Source: SAR86 cluster bacterium (GTDB lineage Bacteria; Pseudomonadota; Gammaproteobacteria; Magnimaribacterales; D2472). From it: a DNA stretch of 64,000 nt. Within the stretch, counting starts at the first letter, position 1, and each line of letters begins with the position of its first letter. The notes under the pieces were generated by a model. That model was not told where the DNA came from and made no database searches. It saw nothing but the letters and a program-made list of their open reading frames with translations. The position numbers and the translations under genes are program-made. The stretch spans positions 29,122-93,121 of the forward strand of contig JABBBT010000057.1 of assembly GCA_018607365.1 (NCBI GenBank), given 5' to 3'. Positions 1 to 10,734 of the stretch are shown here, piece after piece.

Positions 1-1726
1 TTGATGCTTGCTTTCCTATCATAAAAGAAGAAGGCACATCACAAATTTCAGATCCAAGCTTTTTGAAATGGTTTTTATCAAAAGATGTATCTACTTTTGG
101 CCACCACAAAACATCTAAATACTCATTCCAGTCAAACCAAAGTGAGTCATTGGGTTTTAAAGAAAGATTTTTTGCAACAATTTCACCATCTTCAAGTGAG
201 TCTCTGTATGTTGATTTGATTAATGATGCTTCTTGTTTAGTGAGATGTGATTCTGCTATTAATTGATCTTGATATTGATTTAAAACAGAAGGATGTTTAG
301 CTATTGTTTTATACATTAGCGGCTGAGTTGCAGAAGGATCATCTGCTTCATTATGACCTCTCCTTCTGTAGCAAAATAAATCAATAACAATATCTTTATT
401 GAATTGATTTCTATATTTAGTAGCGATCTTAACTGCATTTACTACCATCTCCGGATCATCACCATTAACATGAATTACTGGAGCCTGAATCATCTTGGCT
501 ACATCAGTAGAATAGTCTGTTGATCTTGCATCATTTTTATTACTAGTTGTGAAACCAATTTGGTTATTAACTATAATATGTATTGTGCCGCCTACATAAA
601 ACCCTCTGGTTTGAGACATTTGTAGTGACTCCATAACAACACCTTGACCTGAAAAAGATGCATCTCCATGAAGAAGTATAGGGACTACCTTCTTTCTCTC
701 GATATCAGCAAGCCTATCCTGCCTAGCTCTTACAGAGCCAAGCACAACTGGGTCTACAATTTCTAAATGAGACGGATTATTATTTAAAGAAACATGCACT
801 TCCCCACCTGGAGTATTTAAATTAGATGAAAAGCCTAAATGATATTTAACATCTCCGGTATTTGCTCCTTCTAATTCACCAGCCTCATCAAATGCTGAAA
901 ATAAATCTGCAGGGATTTTACCTAAAACATTAACTAAAAGATTTAGCCTTCCTCTGTGAGCCATTCCGAAACATATCTGATTAGCTCCTAGCTTTCCACA
1001 ATTTTGAATTGCAGCATCTATTAAAGGGACCAAAGATTCACACCCATCTATACCAAAACGTTTCATGCCTGGGTATTTTGCAGCTAGATATTTTGCAAGA
1101 CCTTCTGCAGAATTTAATCTCTCATAAATATGTAATTTCTCTTCCTTAGTAAATGAATATTGCTCTAATTTTGACTCGAATTTTTTTTGAAACCATCTTC
1201 TTTCATCAGAGTCCATAATGTAGTTATATTCGATGCCAATAGTGCCGCAATATATACTTCTTAGACTTGAGACTATATCTCTTAATTTAGCTTTTTTTGA
1301 TCCAGTTATGAAAGTATCTGTATAAAACTCAACATCAAGGTCGTCTGTAGACAAGCCATGGAATTCTATATCTAAATCCTCTATAGACCTCCTATCCATC
1401 ATACCCAAAGGATCTAATTTTGCTTCCTGGTGTCCTCTATTTCTGTATGCTTGTATTAGTCGAATAACTTTTCCCTGCCTTTCATCAATCTCCTCATTAA
1501 GCAAAGATGAGTTTCTTGGCAGGTTTCGAAATTCACTGATAATTGTTTGATGTGAAACTTCTCTTAAATTACTTGAATCAGAAGGGAGACTATTAAAGAA
1601 GTCCTGCCACTCATTTGATAAGTTTTCAGGGTCGGTTAGATATATCTCATAAAGAGATTCAAGATAATCAGCATGGCCTGCTGATATGTGAGAGCTTTTC
1701 CAAAGCTCTTCCATTGATTGGTTCAT
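1..1726 (-). CDS. sucA: 2-oxoglutarate dehydrogenase E1 component, N-terminal ~575 aa (3' end lies beyond the window start)
   Basis: Not in the ORF track because it runs off the edge. My minus-strand translation from ATG 1726..1724 reads MNQSMEELWKSSHISAGHADYLESLYEIYL... and later ...DLFCYRRRGHNEADDPSATQPLMYKTI, the E1o signature region. It follows sdhCDAB as in the classical sdhCDAB-sucABCD operon. Confidence 0.9.
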   Translation of the reverse strand, partial: MNQSMEELWKSSHISAGHADYLESLYEIYLTDPENLSNEWQDFFNSLPSDSSNLREVSHQTIISEFRNLPRNSSLLNEEIDERQGKVIRLIQAYRNRGHQEAKLDPLGMMDRRSIEDLDIEFHGLSTDDLDVEFYTDTFITGSKKAKLRDIVSSLRSIYCGTIGIEYNYIMDSDERRWFQKKFESKLEQYSFTKEEKLHIYERLNSAEGLAKYLAAKYPGMKRFGIDGCESLVPLIDAAIQNCGKLGANQICFGMAHRGRLNLLVNVLGKIPADLFSAFDEAGELEGANTGDVKYHLGFSSNLNTPGGEVHVSLNNNPSHLEIVDPVVLGSVRARQDRLADIERKKVVPILLHGDASFSGQGVVMESLQMSQTRGFYVGGTIHIIVNNQIGFTTSNKNDARSTDYSTDVAKMIQAPVIHVNGDDPEMVVNAVKIATKYRNQFNKDIVIDLFCYRRRGHNEADDPSATQPLMYKTIAKHPSVLNQYQDQLIAESHLTKQEASLIKSTYRDSLEDGEIVAKNLSLKPNDSLWFDWNEYLDVLWWPKVDTSFDKNHFKKLGSEICDVPSSFMIGKQAS

Positions 1727-1742
1727 TGTCTAAAAAATTTTT

Positions 1743-2486
1743 CTAATTAGTTCCATCGGATGTAATTATATTCTTCTTAGACTTTAAAAGCATTGATTTT
1801 ATCTCACCAATTGCTTTATTTGGGTTTAATCCCTTAGGACAAACACTTACACAATTCATGATTCCATGACACCTGTAAACACTGAATGGATCTGATAATG
1901 CATCCAGCCTTTCAACGGTTTCAAGATCTCTTGAATCAGCTATAAACCTATATGCCTGAAGAAGAGCTGCTGGCCCTACAAATTTATCAGGGTTCCACCA
2001 AAATGATGGGCAACTTGTAGAGCAACAAGCGCAAAGAATGCATTCATATAAGCCATCTAACTTATCTCTATCCTCAGGGGACTGTAATCTTTCTTGTTCA
2101 GGAGCTGTGGTATTATTTTGTAAAAAAGGCTTTATCTTTTCATATTGAGCATAAAATTCCGTCATATCTACAACAAGATCTCGAATAACAGGAAGACCTG
2201 GAAGAGGCCTTAATTCAATTTTATTCTTTTTCATAACAGATGAAATAGGCGTTATACATGCCAAGCCATTCTTACCATTTATATTCATTCCATCAGAACC
2301 GCAAACACCTTCTCTACAAGATCTTCTGTAAGAGATTGACTCATCTTCTTCTTTTAACAAATGAAGTAAGTCCAGAACCATGATGTCTCTTGCAGGTTTT
2401 TCTATCTTATATTTTTTCATATACGGAAATTCATCCTGCTCAGGGTTGTATCTGTACATGCTTACTTCTAGTTGATTAGTTAACAT
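1743..2486 (-). CDS. sdhB: succinate dehydrogenase iron-sulfur subunit
   Basis: 247 aa with three Cys clusters (CREGVCGSDG, CILCACCSTSCP, CHGIMNCVSVCP). Its start overlaps the sdhA stop by 1 nt. Confidence 0.95.
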   Translation of the reverse strand: MLTNQLEVSMYRYNPEQDEFPYMKKYKIEKPARDIMVLDLLHLLKEEDESISYRRSCREGVCGSDGMNINGKNGLACITPISSVMKKNKIELRPLPGLPVIRDLVVDMTEFYAQYEKIKPFLQNNTTAPEQERLQSPEDRDKLDGLYECILCACCSTSCPSFWWNPDKFVGPAALLQAYRFIADSRDLETVERLDALSDPFSVYRCHGIMNCVSVCPKGLNPNKAIGEIKSMLLKSKKNIITSDGTN

Positions 2487-4273
2487 TAATAGGTTCTCAC
2501 TATTGGTGGAAATGCATCAACTTTTGTTGGAGCAAAATTAACCTCTCTTTTTGAAACTTTTTTATTAATTGGGTCATAAAAAGAATGACATAACCAATTG
2601 TCGTCATCTCTGTCTGGGAAATCATCTCTAGCATGAGCTCCCCTGCTTTCATTTCTTTCAAAAGCTGATACAGCAGTAGCCTCAGCAACTTCAAATAAAT
2701 TTTGAAGTTCAATTGCTTCAACTCTGCTTGTATTAAAAGCAGAACTTTTATCTTTTAGATGCAGGTTATCAACCTTATGTCTTATTTCTGCTAGTTCGTT
2801 TAAGCCTTTTTCCATAAAGTCACCTCTTCTGAAGACTCCAAAATAATTTTGCATGCATTCTTGTAACTCTCTTTTTACTGAAGCAGTCTCATATCCACTG
2901 GTGGACTCATTTAATTTATTTAGGCGTTCTAATGAAGCATCTATATCACCTTTAGATGAGGATTCTACTCCACCACCAGATTTCAGTTCTTCTTGAATAT
3001 GCATTCCAGTAGCTCTTCCAAAAACTACCAAATCAAGCAAAGAATTACCACCAAGTCTATTTGCGCCATGAACAGAAACACATGCTGCCTCACCAGCAGC
3101 AAATAACCCGGAAATAATTGAATCATTACCATTGATTCTTCTAAAAGCTTGGCCATTAACATTCGTTGGAGTTCCGCCCATCATATAATGACAGGTTGGA
3201 ACAACTGGAATTGGTTCATATATTGGATCTACATGGGCAAAGGTTCTTGAAAGCTCACATATTCCAGGTAATTTTGAATTAAGAACATCTGCGCCTAGGT
3301 GGTCTAATTTCAGGAATATATGATCTGCATTTTCACCACAACCTCTTCCTTCTAAGATTTCAAGCACCATAGATCTTGCAACTACATCTCTTCCAGCTAA
3401 GTCTTTAACATTAGGAGCATACCTTTCCATAAATCTTTCGCCATCTTTGTTTATAAGATAGCCACCTTCACCTCTACAGCCTTCTGTTACTAGTGAGCCT
3501 GCTCCATAAATTCCTGTTGGATGAAACTGCCACATTTCCATATCTTGTGCAGGAAAACCAGCCCTGAGAGCCATTGCTAATCCATCGCCTGTATTGATTA
3601 ATGCATTTGTGGTAGAGGCATATATTCTTCCTGCCCCACCAGTAGCCATTACAGTCGCCTGTGCTTTTAGATAAGCAACCTCCCCAGATTCAATAGAAAA
3701 AGCTATAACACCTGTTACCTCTTCTTTGCTATTTTTAACTATATCTACAGCAAACCACTCATTTAGGAAGTTTGTTCCTTCCTTAACATTATTTTGATAA
3801 AGGGTATGAAGAAGAGCATGGCCAGTTCTATCTGCTGCAGCACACGTTCTTGCTGCTTGACCACCCTTACCAAAATCTTTAGATTGTCCACCAAATGGTC
3901 TTTGATAAATTCTTCCGTTTTCAAATCTTGAAAATGGGAGTCCCATATGCTCTAACTCAAATACAGCCTTAGGGCCTTCCGAGCATAAATATTCAATTGC
4001 ATCTTGGTCGCCTATAAAATCAGCACCCTTAACAGTATCATACATATGCCACCTCCAATCATCATCTGGATCAGCACTTGCAATGGCGCATGTAATTCCG
4101 CCTTGTGCAGAAACAGTATGAGATCTTGTTGGGAAAACCTTTGAAACGACAGCAGTTTTAAGTCCAGATTTAGCTAATTCTAGTGACGCTCTCATCCCAG
4201 AGCCTCCACCACCAACAATAAGAGCATCAAATTCTATTGTTTTTATATTGTCAGTTAAAATACTGTTACTCAT
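2486..4273 (-). CDS. sdhA: succinate dehydrogenase flavoprotein subunit
   Basis: 595 aa with an N-terminal FAD fold ([10 protein letters not shown]), the covalent-FAD His context [10 protein letters not shown], and HPTG. Confidence 0.95.
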   Translation of the reverse strand: MSNSILTDNIKTIEFDALIVGGGGSGMRASLELAKSGLKTAVVSKVFPTRSHTVSAQGGITCAIASADPDDDWRWHMYDTVKGADFIGDQDAIEYLCSEGPKAVFELEHMGLPFSRFENGRIYQRPFGGQSKDFGKGGQAARTCAAADRTGHALLHTLYQNNVKEGTNFLNEWFAVDIVKNSKEEVTGVIAFSIESGEVAYLKAQATVMATGGAGRIYASTTNALINTGDGLAMALRAGFPAQDMEMWQFHPTGIYGAGSLVTEGCRGEGGYLINKDGERFMERYAPNVKDLAGRDVVARSMVLEILEGRGCGENADHIFLKLDHLGADVLNSKLPGICELSRTFAHVDPIYEPIPVVPTCHYMMGGTPTNVNGQAFRRINGNDSIISGLFAAGEAACVSVHGANRLGGNSLLDLVVFGRATGMHIQEELKSGGGVESSSKGDIDASLERLNKLNESTSGYETASVKRELQECMQNYFGVFRRGDFMEKGLNELAEIRHKVDNLHLKDKSSAFNTSRVEAIELQNLFEVAEATAVSAFERNESRGAHARDDFPDRDDDNWLCHSFYDPINKKVSKREVNFAPTKVDAFPPIVRTY

Positions 4274-4318
4274 TTAAGACCTTTATTATTAAATTTTATA
4301 ATTAGTTATATGAATGAT

Positions 4319-4678
4319 TTATATCTTCCATATTATATATAAGATTGATCCCAAATAAAGCAATCCACATAAGATAAATACAAGTTGATAAAGAAATTGA
4401 ATTGATTCTGCTTTTTTAGAAAGAGCGGGACTTAGGAAACCAAGTGTTCTTTTTGTTAGATAATCTGTTCCAACTGTCCATAGCCCAATAAATGCATGAG
4501 ATATTATAAGAATTGAAATTAATGAAGTAATTGCTTTCATTTCAATTGATGCAATAAAAGAAACCCAGTCATAATATGAACCTGAAGCTCCAACCAAATA
4601 AAAAACAATATGTAAAAAATATGCGAGTATGGCTAAAGAGCTATATCTTTGTACAAACCAAATAATTGAGCCTTTCAT
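4319..4678 (-). CDS. sdhD: succinate dehydrogenase membrane anchor subunit
   Basis: Track ORF 4319..4726 trimmed to ATG 4678, which forms an ATGA overlap with the sdhC stop. Small, hydrophobic, about three helices, in the sdhC-D-A-B position. Confidence 0.8.
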   Translation of the reverse strand: MKGSIIWFVQRYSSLAILAYFLHIVFYLVGASGSYYDWVSFIASIEMKAITSLISILIISHAFIGLWTVGTDYLTKRTLGFLSPALSKKAESIQFLYQLVFILCGLLYLGSILYIIWKI

Positions 4679-5058
4679 AAATAAATATGTCCAAAAAATC
4701 CAATAGTCGATACAAGCCATAGGCAAAGAACAAAAATTGATGAGTAATAAGAGCCTTTAAGTGATTCGCCTAGGTGGAAGAAATCCATAAAAAGATGCCT
4801 CACCCCAGTAAGAATGTGATACCAGAAAACAGAAAAGCTAAAGAAAACAAAAACTGTAAAGAAAGTTAAAGACTGTAATGATTCATACATTAATTCATAG
4901 GATCCTTTATTTAATGTTGATATAAATAAAAGGTATACGAAAAGAGGTAAGGAGATAAAAAAAATATACATACCGGAAAGTCTATGGGTAATAGAAGAGA
5001 AGGCTGACATTGGTAGCTTTATTTTTCTTAGGTCAATGTATACAGGTCTTTGATTCAT
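4675..5058 (-). CDS. sdhC: succinate dehydrogenase cytochrome b556 subunit
   Basis: 127-aa membrane protein with the SITHRLSG motif; first gene of the sdhCDAB order. Confidence 0.85.
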   Translation of the reverse strand: MNQRPVYIDLRKIKLPMSAFSSITHRLSGMYIFFISLPLFVYLLFISTLNKGSYELMYESLQSLTFFTVFVFFSFSVFWYHILTGVRHLFMDFFHLGESLKGSYYSSIFVLCLWLVSTIGFFGHIYL

Positions 5059-5143
5059 AATGAAAAGCTATAGTGATTTAATTTTTAAAGTGTAATCAAG
5101 ATTATACAGGAGAATTCTTTCACAGATTATCAAAAAAATTATA

Positions 5144-6529
5144 TTACTTTTTATTTTTTTTAATATGCTTAATTAATCTCTGTCTCTTTTTTACTTGTCT
5201 ATCGGTTAGTTTATTTACTTTTGATTCGTATGGATTTTCTGATTTTCTAAAAATTAATCTCAATTGAATACTTTTAAGCTCAAGAGTCGATCTAAAAGAA
5301 TTTTCAAGATATTTTTTATAGTTTGATGGAATTTTTTTGTCTTGATTTGAATGAATAACAAGAGTTGTTGGATTTATGCCTGCAAAATGAACATGCTTAA
5401 GTTTTAAAAGTCTTCCATTTACAGATGGAGGTGCGCTTTGCTCAATAAATTTATTCATCATTTGGTTTAATGATGAGGTCGTATGTTTTTGCTGTGCTTT
5501 GTCTATAAGACCATTAGCCACCCTAAATAGTCTCTTAAACCCAAGTCCTTTGATGCCTGATATTTCTAAATTTATAAAATCATTAACAAAATTTGATTGA
5601 GCCCTTTTTGTTTCATAAATCTCTTCCTTTTGTTTTTTTGTAAGTAAATCAATTTTATTAAATGCTATAAGGACTGGCTTGCCCATCTCACATATCATAT
5701 TAATAATTTTAAGATCTTGATCAACAATACCCTCTTGCGCATCACATATAAAAATAACAACGTCGCACTCCTCTACTGAGTGCATTGCTCTAACATATGA
5801 AAAATATTCAATTTTATGACTGTTTCTATAGCCTTTTCTGATACCTGCGGTGTCAATAAAAATAAAATCTTGGCCATCGACGGTGAAAGGAATGCTAATG
5901 GCATCTATTGTTGTTCCGGCTATCTCAGAAACTATTAATCTATCTTCTTTTATAAACTTATTTATAAATGTAGATTTTCCTGCATTAGGCCTACCCAGAA
6001 CAGCTATTTTTTTTCCTTCTGGTGATTCATATTTTTCTTTTGGCAGGGAATCTTTAATGTATGTACGAAGGTCACTTATGTTTCTTGAATGCTCTGCACT
6101 AATCTCAAAGAAATCATTAATTCCCTTCTTATGCAAGTCAACCTTAAGCAGAGAATCTGAATTTTTATCGATTTTATTAAGGACGGTAATAAAATTTTTA
6201 TTAAGCTTTCTTAGTCTTGTAAGAATATCTAAATCTTCTTTATTTAAGTTTTCAGAACCGTCGAGAAGAAAAATAATAAGGCTTGATTCCTCTGCTGCAA
6301 TCCAGGCCTGCTCAGCTATGTCTTCTTTAAGAATAGTTTCATCCTGAGCTATTCCTCCAGTATCGATAATTAATGTTTTTTGATCACCAAATGTTATATA
6401 GCCATAGTTTCTATCTTTGGTTAACCCAGAGTAATTTGAAACTATAGCTTTGCGTGACTTGGTTAGTTTATTAAATAAGGTTGATTTGCCAACATTTGGT
6501 CGACCTATAATTGCAATTGAAGTAAACAT
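5144..6529 (-). CDS. der: ribosome-associated GTPase Der (EngA)
   Basis: Two tandem G domains (GRPNVGKSTLFN near the N-terminus and GRPNAGKSTFIN around aa 180) and a lysine-rich C-terminal tail; bamB-der synteny. Confidence 0.95.
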   Translation of the reverse strand: MFTSIAIIGRPNVGKSTLFNKLTKSRKAIVSNYSGLTKDRNYGYITFGDQKTLIIDTGGIAQDETILKEDIAEQAWIAAEESSLIIFLLDGSENLNKEDLDILTRLRKLNKNFITVLNKIDKNSDSLLKVDLHKKGINDFFEISAEHSRNISDLRTYIKDSLPKEKYESPEGKKIAVLGRPNAGKSTFINKFIKEDRLIVSEIAGTTIDAISIPFTVDGQDFIFIDTAGIRKGYRNSHKIEYFSYVRAMHSVEECDVVIFICDAQEGIVDQDLKIINMICEMGKPVLIAFNKIDLLTKKQKEEIYETKRAQSNFVNDFINLEISGIKGLGFKRLFRVANGLIDKAQQKHTTSSLNQMMNKFIEQSAPPSVNGRLLKLKHVHFAGINPTTLVIHSNQDKKIPSNYKKYLENSFRSTLELKSIQLRLIFRKSENPYESKVNKLTDRQVKKRQRLIKHIKKNKK

Positions 6530-6544
6530 GTATAAATTTCATAT

Positions 6545-7723
6545 TTATATACTTATCGAATATAAACTGAATCCTTGGTCTATTGCATAAAAATTATTAC
6601 TTCTGCTTATTAAGCTCATTATGGGTTTTTTTGAGATTTTCTTTCTACTTATAGTCTTGCCACTCAAAGGATCAATTACATGAAGGTACCCTTCAAGATC
6701 TCCAACTATTAAATAGCCATTAAAGCTAATAGGATTAGAGAGCAGCCTATTCGAGTATTCATCTGTGCTCCATGACTCCTCAAAGCTTTTCATTGAAAAT
6801 GACTTTATAAGAGAATCAGATTCAACAACACCCATTATCCCTCTCAACACAACGGGAGAATAGAAGGATGACACTTCTGATGTCCAGACAGATCTTTTTT
6901 GAGCAATATCAAAAATATTAAGATTCCCCTGGTAGTTAGTTGCAAAAACAAGTCCTGAGTCTATTACAGGGCTTGAATCAGCATCGATTATATTTTCAAG
7001 CTCAGAGGCCCCACTAACATAGGAGATTGCTCCATCCCAGACAGGAAAACCAGAGTCAATTTGAAAAACACCCAGCCTACCATTATCAAAAGTTGCATAG
7101 ATTTGATTTTCAAAAATAACAGGACTACTACTTCCTCTTATTGTTAGTGTTGGAAGTTTGGACCTATATGACCATTTAATTTCACCATCATTTTTATCAA
7201 GCGCCATTAAATCACCCGATCCAGTTTTGACTATAATAAATTTTGGATCGATTGCTGCAGGAGCCAAAACCTCTCCCTTTACATTAGTCGTCCATATTTT
7301 AGATCCATCTTTTTGATCAAAAGCGATAACATTACCATCAACATCCGAAGCAACTAAAATACCAAAACCAGCAGCAGTTCCAGATGAAAGGAAATTAGTT
7401 TCAATTTCCCAGTTTATGTTTCCAGATTTTATATCTATAGATTTAATGTTTCCGGTATTGTCTGAGGCGAATATGTTATCTCCACTGAATGCTGGTATAA
7501 AGTTTCCAAGAGTATTTTCACCATTAAACTTCATACTCCAGTCAACTGAAGTATTCAGCTTGCTGGTGAATGAAACTAGTGGTCTTGGCTCATCCAAATC
7601 AATATCATCATTTCCCCAAAACTTCATTGACTCTATGGAAGAGCATGATGAAAGAATAATTACAGACAATATTGAAATATACTGTTTTTGATTTTTAAAA
7701 AAGTAATTTTTTAAGTAGTTCAT
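6545..7723 (-). CDS. bamB: outer membrane protein assembly factor BamB (lipoprotein, beta-propeller)
   Basis: Lipobox LSSCSS, repeated PQQ-like propeller blades, yfgM-bamB-der position. Confidence 0.85.
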   Translation of the reverse strand: MNYLKNYFFKNQKQYISILSVIILSSCSSIESMKFWGNDDIDLDEPRPLVSFTSKLNTSVDWSMKFNGENTLGNFIPAFSGDNIFASDNTGNIKSIDIKSGNINWEIETNFLSSGTAAGFGILVASDVDGNVIAFDQKDGSKIWTTNVKGEVLAPAAIDPKFIIVKTGSGDLMALDKNDGEIKWSYRSKLPTLTIRGSSSPVIFENQIYATFDNGRLGVFQIDSGFPVWDGAISYVSGASELENIIDADSSPVIDSGLVFATNYQGNLNIFDIAQKRSVWTSEVSSFYSPVVLRGIMGVVESDSLIKSFSMKSFEESWSTDEYSNRLLSNPISFNGYLIVGDLEGYLHVIDPLSGKTISRKKISKKPIMSLISRSNNFYAIDQGFSLYSISI

Positions 7724-8355
7724 TTTAGGTTTGCTATTTTAATTGCAACAATAGATTTTGAAGTTTCGTCACTATACAACTCTTCAGCTCTTATGTATTG
7801 ATCTTTGGCAAGCAAGCTTTGATCCTTTTTTGCAAGTATGTCCCCAGTTAGCTCATGAATAAATGCGTTAGATGTGGACGAAGAGTATTTCTCTAATAAC
7901 GAAAGTGCTTTATCAAGCTCATTCTCTGAAGCTAGTAATCTTGCAGAATTTACTCTAGCAAGCTTGTTATATATTTTATTTCCTCCATAACCGTCAGTAA
8001 GTTCAATAAGTAAAGTGAACTTATCTAAAGCTTCTGTTGTTTTTCCCTCTGAGGCCTCTTTAGTAGCTGTATCAAGCAAGGCAATTTTGGCATAGCCTGT
8101 CTTGCTGAAACTGGACATTAGGTTATCAAAGGACTTTTCTGCGTTAGCTATATCATCCCGTGATAAAAAATCTGCCCATTCATTAAAAACTATTGCAGCT
8201 TTTTCATCATTAATTTTTGAAACAGCTTTAAGTGAAAAACTTATACCAAATGCAACAATAAGAGCTATAACAGTGCTGATTAGTAATGTTCTATATTTGT
8301 TAAAAAAGGTCTGCATTGCTGAAAACCTATTATCGTTATCGTATATTTCGTTCAT
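7720..8355 (-). CDS. yfgM: YfgM-like membrane-anchored TPR protein
   Basis: N-terminal TM helix followed by a helical TPR-like domain. ATGA overlap with bamB; hisS-yfgM-bamB order as in E. coli and Pseudomonas. Confidence 0.65.
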   Translation of the reverse strand: MNEIYDNDNRFSAMQTFFNKYRTLLISTVIALIVAFGISFSLKAVSKINDEKAAIVFNEWADFLSRDDIANAEKSFDNLMSSFSKTGYAKIALLDTATKEASEGKTTEALDKFTLLIELTDGYGGNKIYNKLARVNSARLLASENELDKALSLLEKYSSSTSNAFIHELTGDILAKKDQSLLAKDQYIRAEELYSDETSKSIVAIKIANLK

Positions 8356-8369
8356 AATTCTTCCTGAAA

Positions 8370-9632
8370 TTATAATGATGTATAAAAACTAAATAATTCT
8401 TTAATTGAGACAGTTTCCTGATCTTTAAGTTCATCATTTAAAAACTTAATAACAGCAGTTCTATCTCTCAACTCCTCTTCTCCGATAATAATTGCATATT
8501 CAGAATTATTTTTATTTGCTTTTCTGAGTTTAGATTTAAGACTTCCTTCAGATAGCTGTAAATCTAAAATAATATTACTATTCAGAGACCTAAGTTGGTG
8601 GGCTATTTTATATGGTTTTGACTCTAAATTGCTAGTTAGGGTTATAAATGAAACAACTTTGTTAGAGGTTGCGATGTCCTTTATCAAGCTTGCAAACCTC
8701 TCGACCCCAATTGCCATCCCAATTGATGGAAGATTTTTACCACCCAGCTTTAATGAAAGATGGTCGTACCTACCTCCCCCTAAAAAAGAATCTTGAGCGC
8801 CAAGCTCTGATGATATTGCCTCAAACACAAATCCAGAGTAGTAATCCAAGCCCCTGACAAGAGTATAGTCAATCTCTATATTGCATATATCTTTATATTC
8901 ATTTTGAATATTTTCTAAAAGAGATAATGCAGAAGGTTTAATAAACTCTCTTATCGATGGAGCCTTTTTAAGAATTGATTGTGTTTCTTTATTTTTTGAA
9001 TCAAGCACCCTTAAAGGATTTTTGGTAAGTCTGGTTAAGTCTTTTTCATCAAGACTATCTTTAAATGGCTCAAGATATTCTACTAATGCATCACAAAATA
9101 GTTTTTTACTTTCCTTGTCACCCAAATGATTAATTTTAATTGAACAATTTTTAAGTTTAAATTCTTCAATAATGGAGCAAACCATTGATATTATTTCATA
9201 CTCTGGCGCCCCCTCTTCATAACCAAGTATTTCAACTCCTGCTTGATAAAACTGCCTATATCTACCTTTTTGAGGCCTTTCATATCTCCACATTGGGCCG
9301 AGGTACCATAACTTATGATTAGTTTGATCAAGTTTTTTTTCTATTATTGCTCTTATAGCACTTGCAGTACCTTCTGGTCTCAAGGCAATATTCTTTTCAT
9401 TTCTATCATTGAAAGAATATATTTCTTTATTAACTATGTCAGAAGCATCTCCAGCAGAACGAACAAATAGATTAGTATCTTCTAAAGCCGGTGTTCTTAT
9501 TTCACTATATTTATAGTTGGTAAAGACTTTTTTTATTCTTTTTTCTGTCTCAAATATTTTTACAGAAATATTTTCTATATCACCATCATCGTAATGATCT
9601 AACATGCCAGTTAATGAGTGAATTTTATCCAT
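8370..9632 (-). CDS. hisS: histidine--tRNA ligase
   Basis: Class II HisRS motifs (LRPEGTAS, GGGRYD). I moved the start from the track's TTG 9647 to ATG 9632, which is preceded by AAGGAG at a 5-nt spacing. Confidence 0.93.
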   Translation of the reverse strand: MDKIHSLTGMLDHYDDGDIENISVKIFETEKRIKKVFTNYKYSEIRTPALEDTNLFVRSAGDASDIVNKEIYSFNDRNEKNIALRPEGTASAIRAIIEKKLDQTNHKLWYLGPMWRYERPQKGRYRQFYQAGVEILGYEEGAPEYEIISMVCSIIEEFKLKNCSIKINHLGDKESKKLFCDALVEYLEPFKDSLDEKDLTRLTKNPLRVLDSKNKETQSILKKAPSIREFIKPSALSLLENIQNEYKDICNIEIDYTLVRGLDYYSGFVFEAISSELGAQDSFLGGGRYDHLSLKLGGKNLPSIGMAIGVERFASLIKDIATSNKVVSFITLTSNLESKPYKIAHQLRSLNSNIILDLQLSEGSLKSKLRKANKNNSEYAIIIGEEELRDRTAVIKFLNDELKDQETVSIKELFSFYTSL

Positions 9633-9633
9633 T

Positions 9634-10734
9634 TCAGCTCCTTGCAATTATCTCTACAGAGTCTCTTAAAGAAATTTTTGTCCTTACCTTATCCTCAATC
9701 TCTTTAACAATATCTGCACTATTAATTTTTTTGTCAGGTGCTCCATCAACATATAATAAGTTTTGAGGGCTTGCTCCTGTAAGTCCAATTTCTGCTGCTT
9801 TACTTTCTCCAGGGCCATTAACATAACAACCTATCACAGCCACCTCGATATCTTCAGTGATATCTTCAAGGCGCTCTTCTAATTCGTTGACTACTTCGAT
9901 TACATTAAAATTTTGACGAGAGCAACTTGGGCATGCAATTATTTTTACTCCCCTACTTCGAATATTTAAACTTCTTAAAATATCCCAGCCTATTTTTATT
10001 TCATCTACCGGATCAGATGCGAGTGATATTCTTATAGTGTCTCCAATACCCTCAGAAAGAAGCATCCCAATACCAATTGACGATTTAACAGTTCCTGCTC
10101 TATAGCTTCCAGCTTCAGTAATGCCTAAATGAAGGGGTTGATCGATTAACTTTGATATTTTTCTATAAGCCTCTACAGTCATTTCAATATTAGATGCTTT
10201 GAGACTCATTTTATAGTTATCAAAATTAAACTTGTCCAAGATATCTGCATGCCTTAGTGCTGACTCAACTAATGCATCTGCATTTGGTTCTCCATATTTT
10301 TTTTGAAGATCTTTCTCAAGAGAGCCTGCATTAACACCCACTCTTATTGGCACATTGTTATATTTAGCAGCATTAATTACTTCAGCAATTCTATCTTCTT
10401 TTCCGATATTTCCAGGGTTGATTCTTAAGCAGTCTGCAGTATCTGCAACCTCAAGAGCAATTTTATAGTCAAAGTGAATGTCTGCAACTAAAGGTATATC
10501 AACAGATTTTCTAATTTCTTTAAATGCAGCAGCTTCATCAAAACCTGGTACAGATACTCTTACAATATCTGCTCCAGCAGCTTGTAAGTCGTTAATTTGA
10601 TTGATTGTAGAGATAACATCACATGTATTTGTATTAGTCATTGACTGGACACTAATTGGATTATTATTTCCAACAAGCACTCCGCCAACATCAACAGCCT
10701 TAGTATTTTTTCTGGTTATCCAATTACTCATCAT
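9634..10734 (-). CDS. ispG: 4-hydroxy-3-methylbut-2-en-1-yl diphosphate synthase
   Basis: 366-aa GcpE with Cys ligand contexts CPSCSR and GCYVNGPGE; rodZ-ispG-hisS order. Confidence 0.93.
   Translation of the reverse strand: MMSNWITRKNTKAVDVGGVLVGNNNPISVQSMTNTNTCDVISTINQINDLQAAGADIVRVSVPGFDEAAAFKEIRKSVDIPLVADIHFDYKIALEVADTADCLRINPGNIGKEDRIAEVINAAKYNNVPIRVGVNAGSLEKDLQKKYGEPNADALVESALRHADILDKFNFDNYKMSLKASNIEMTVEAYRKISKLIDQPLHLGITEAGSYRAGTVKSSIGIGMLLSEGIGDTIRISLASDPVDEIKIGWDILRSLNIRSRGVKIIACPSCSRQNFNVIEVVNELEERLEDITEDIEVAVIGCYVNGPGESKAAEIGLTGASPQNLLYVDGAPDKKINSADIVKEIEDKVRTKISLRDSVEIIARS

Noticed and set aside
2500-2721. Same-strand alternative-frame ORFs inside sdhA (2500..2721), perM (19318..19518), bcp region (18914..19264), ddl (49689..49904), murC (50411..50719) and murE (58176..58406).
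   Set aside because: They are embedded out of frame in strongly conserved genes, and there is no independent evidence for overlapping coding.
4679-4726. Longer sdhD start (MPMACIDYWIFWTYLF...) overlapping sdhC by 52 nt.
   Set aside because: The internal ATG at 4678 gives the classic ATGA stop/start coupling with sdhC and a normal SdhD length.
5850-6347. 165-aa plus-strand ORF antisense to der. Similar antisense ORFs occur at 63..266, 7416..7691, 8102..8392, 8669..8857, 10601..10888, 13259..13549, 14156..14745, 14763..14957, 15287..15514, 15682..15885, 21784..21984, 27376..27564, 27947..28462, 28691..28876, 29299..29781, 30668..30898, 33552..33782, 36620..37057, 37868..38107, 38957..39151, 40379..40567, 42197..42529, 43983..44165, 45075..45266, 46704..46922, 47013..47216, 47799..48089, 49406..49600, 50370..50696, 51103..51348, 51929..52267, 54771..55205, 55778..56375, 56623..57063, 58513..58704, 60411..60719, 60942..61136 and 61858..62205.
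   Set aside because: All lie entirely inside well-supported conserved genes on the opposite strand. They have low-complexity S/L/F/I-rich composition typical of antisense frames in AT-rich DNA, lack recognisable motifs and lack RBS context.
9633-9647. TTG start for hisS at 9647.
   Set aside because: ATG 9632 is preceded by a perfect AAGGAG at 5-nt spacing, and the conserved HisRS N-terminus begins after it.
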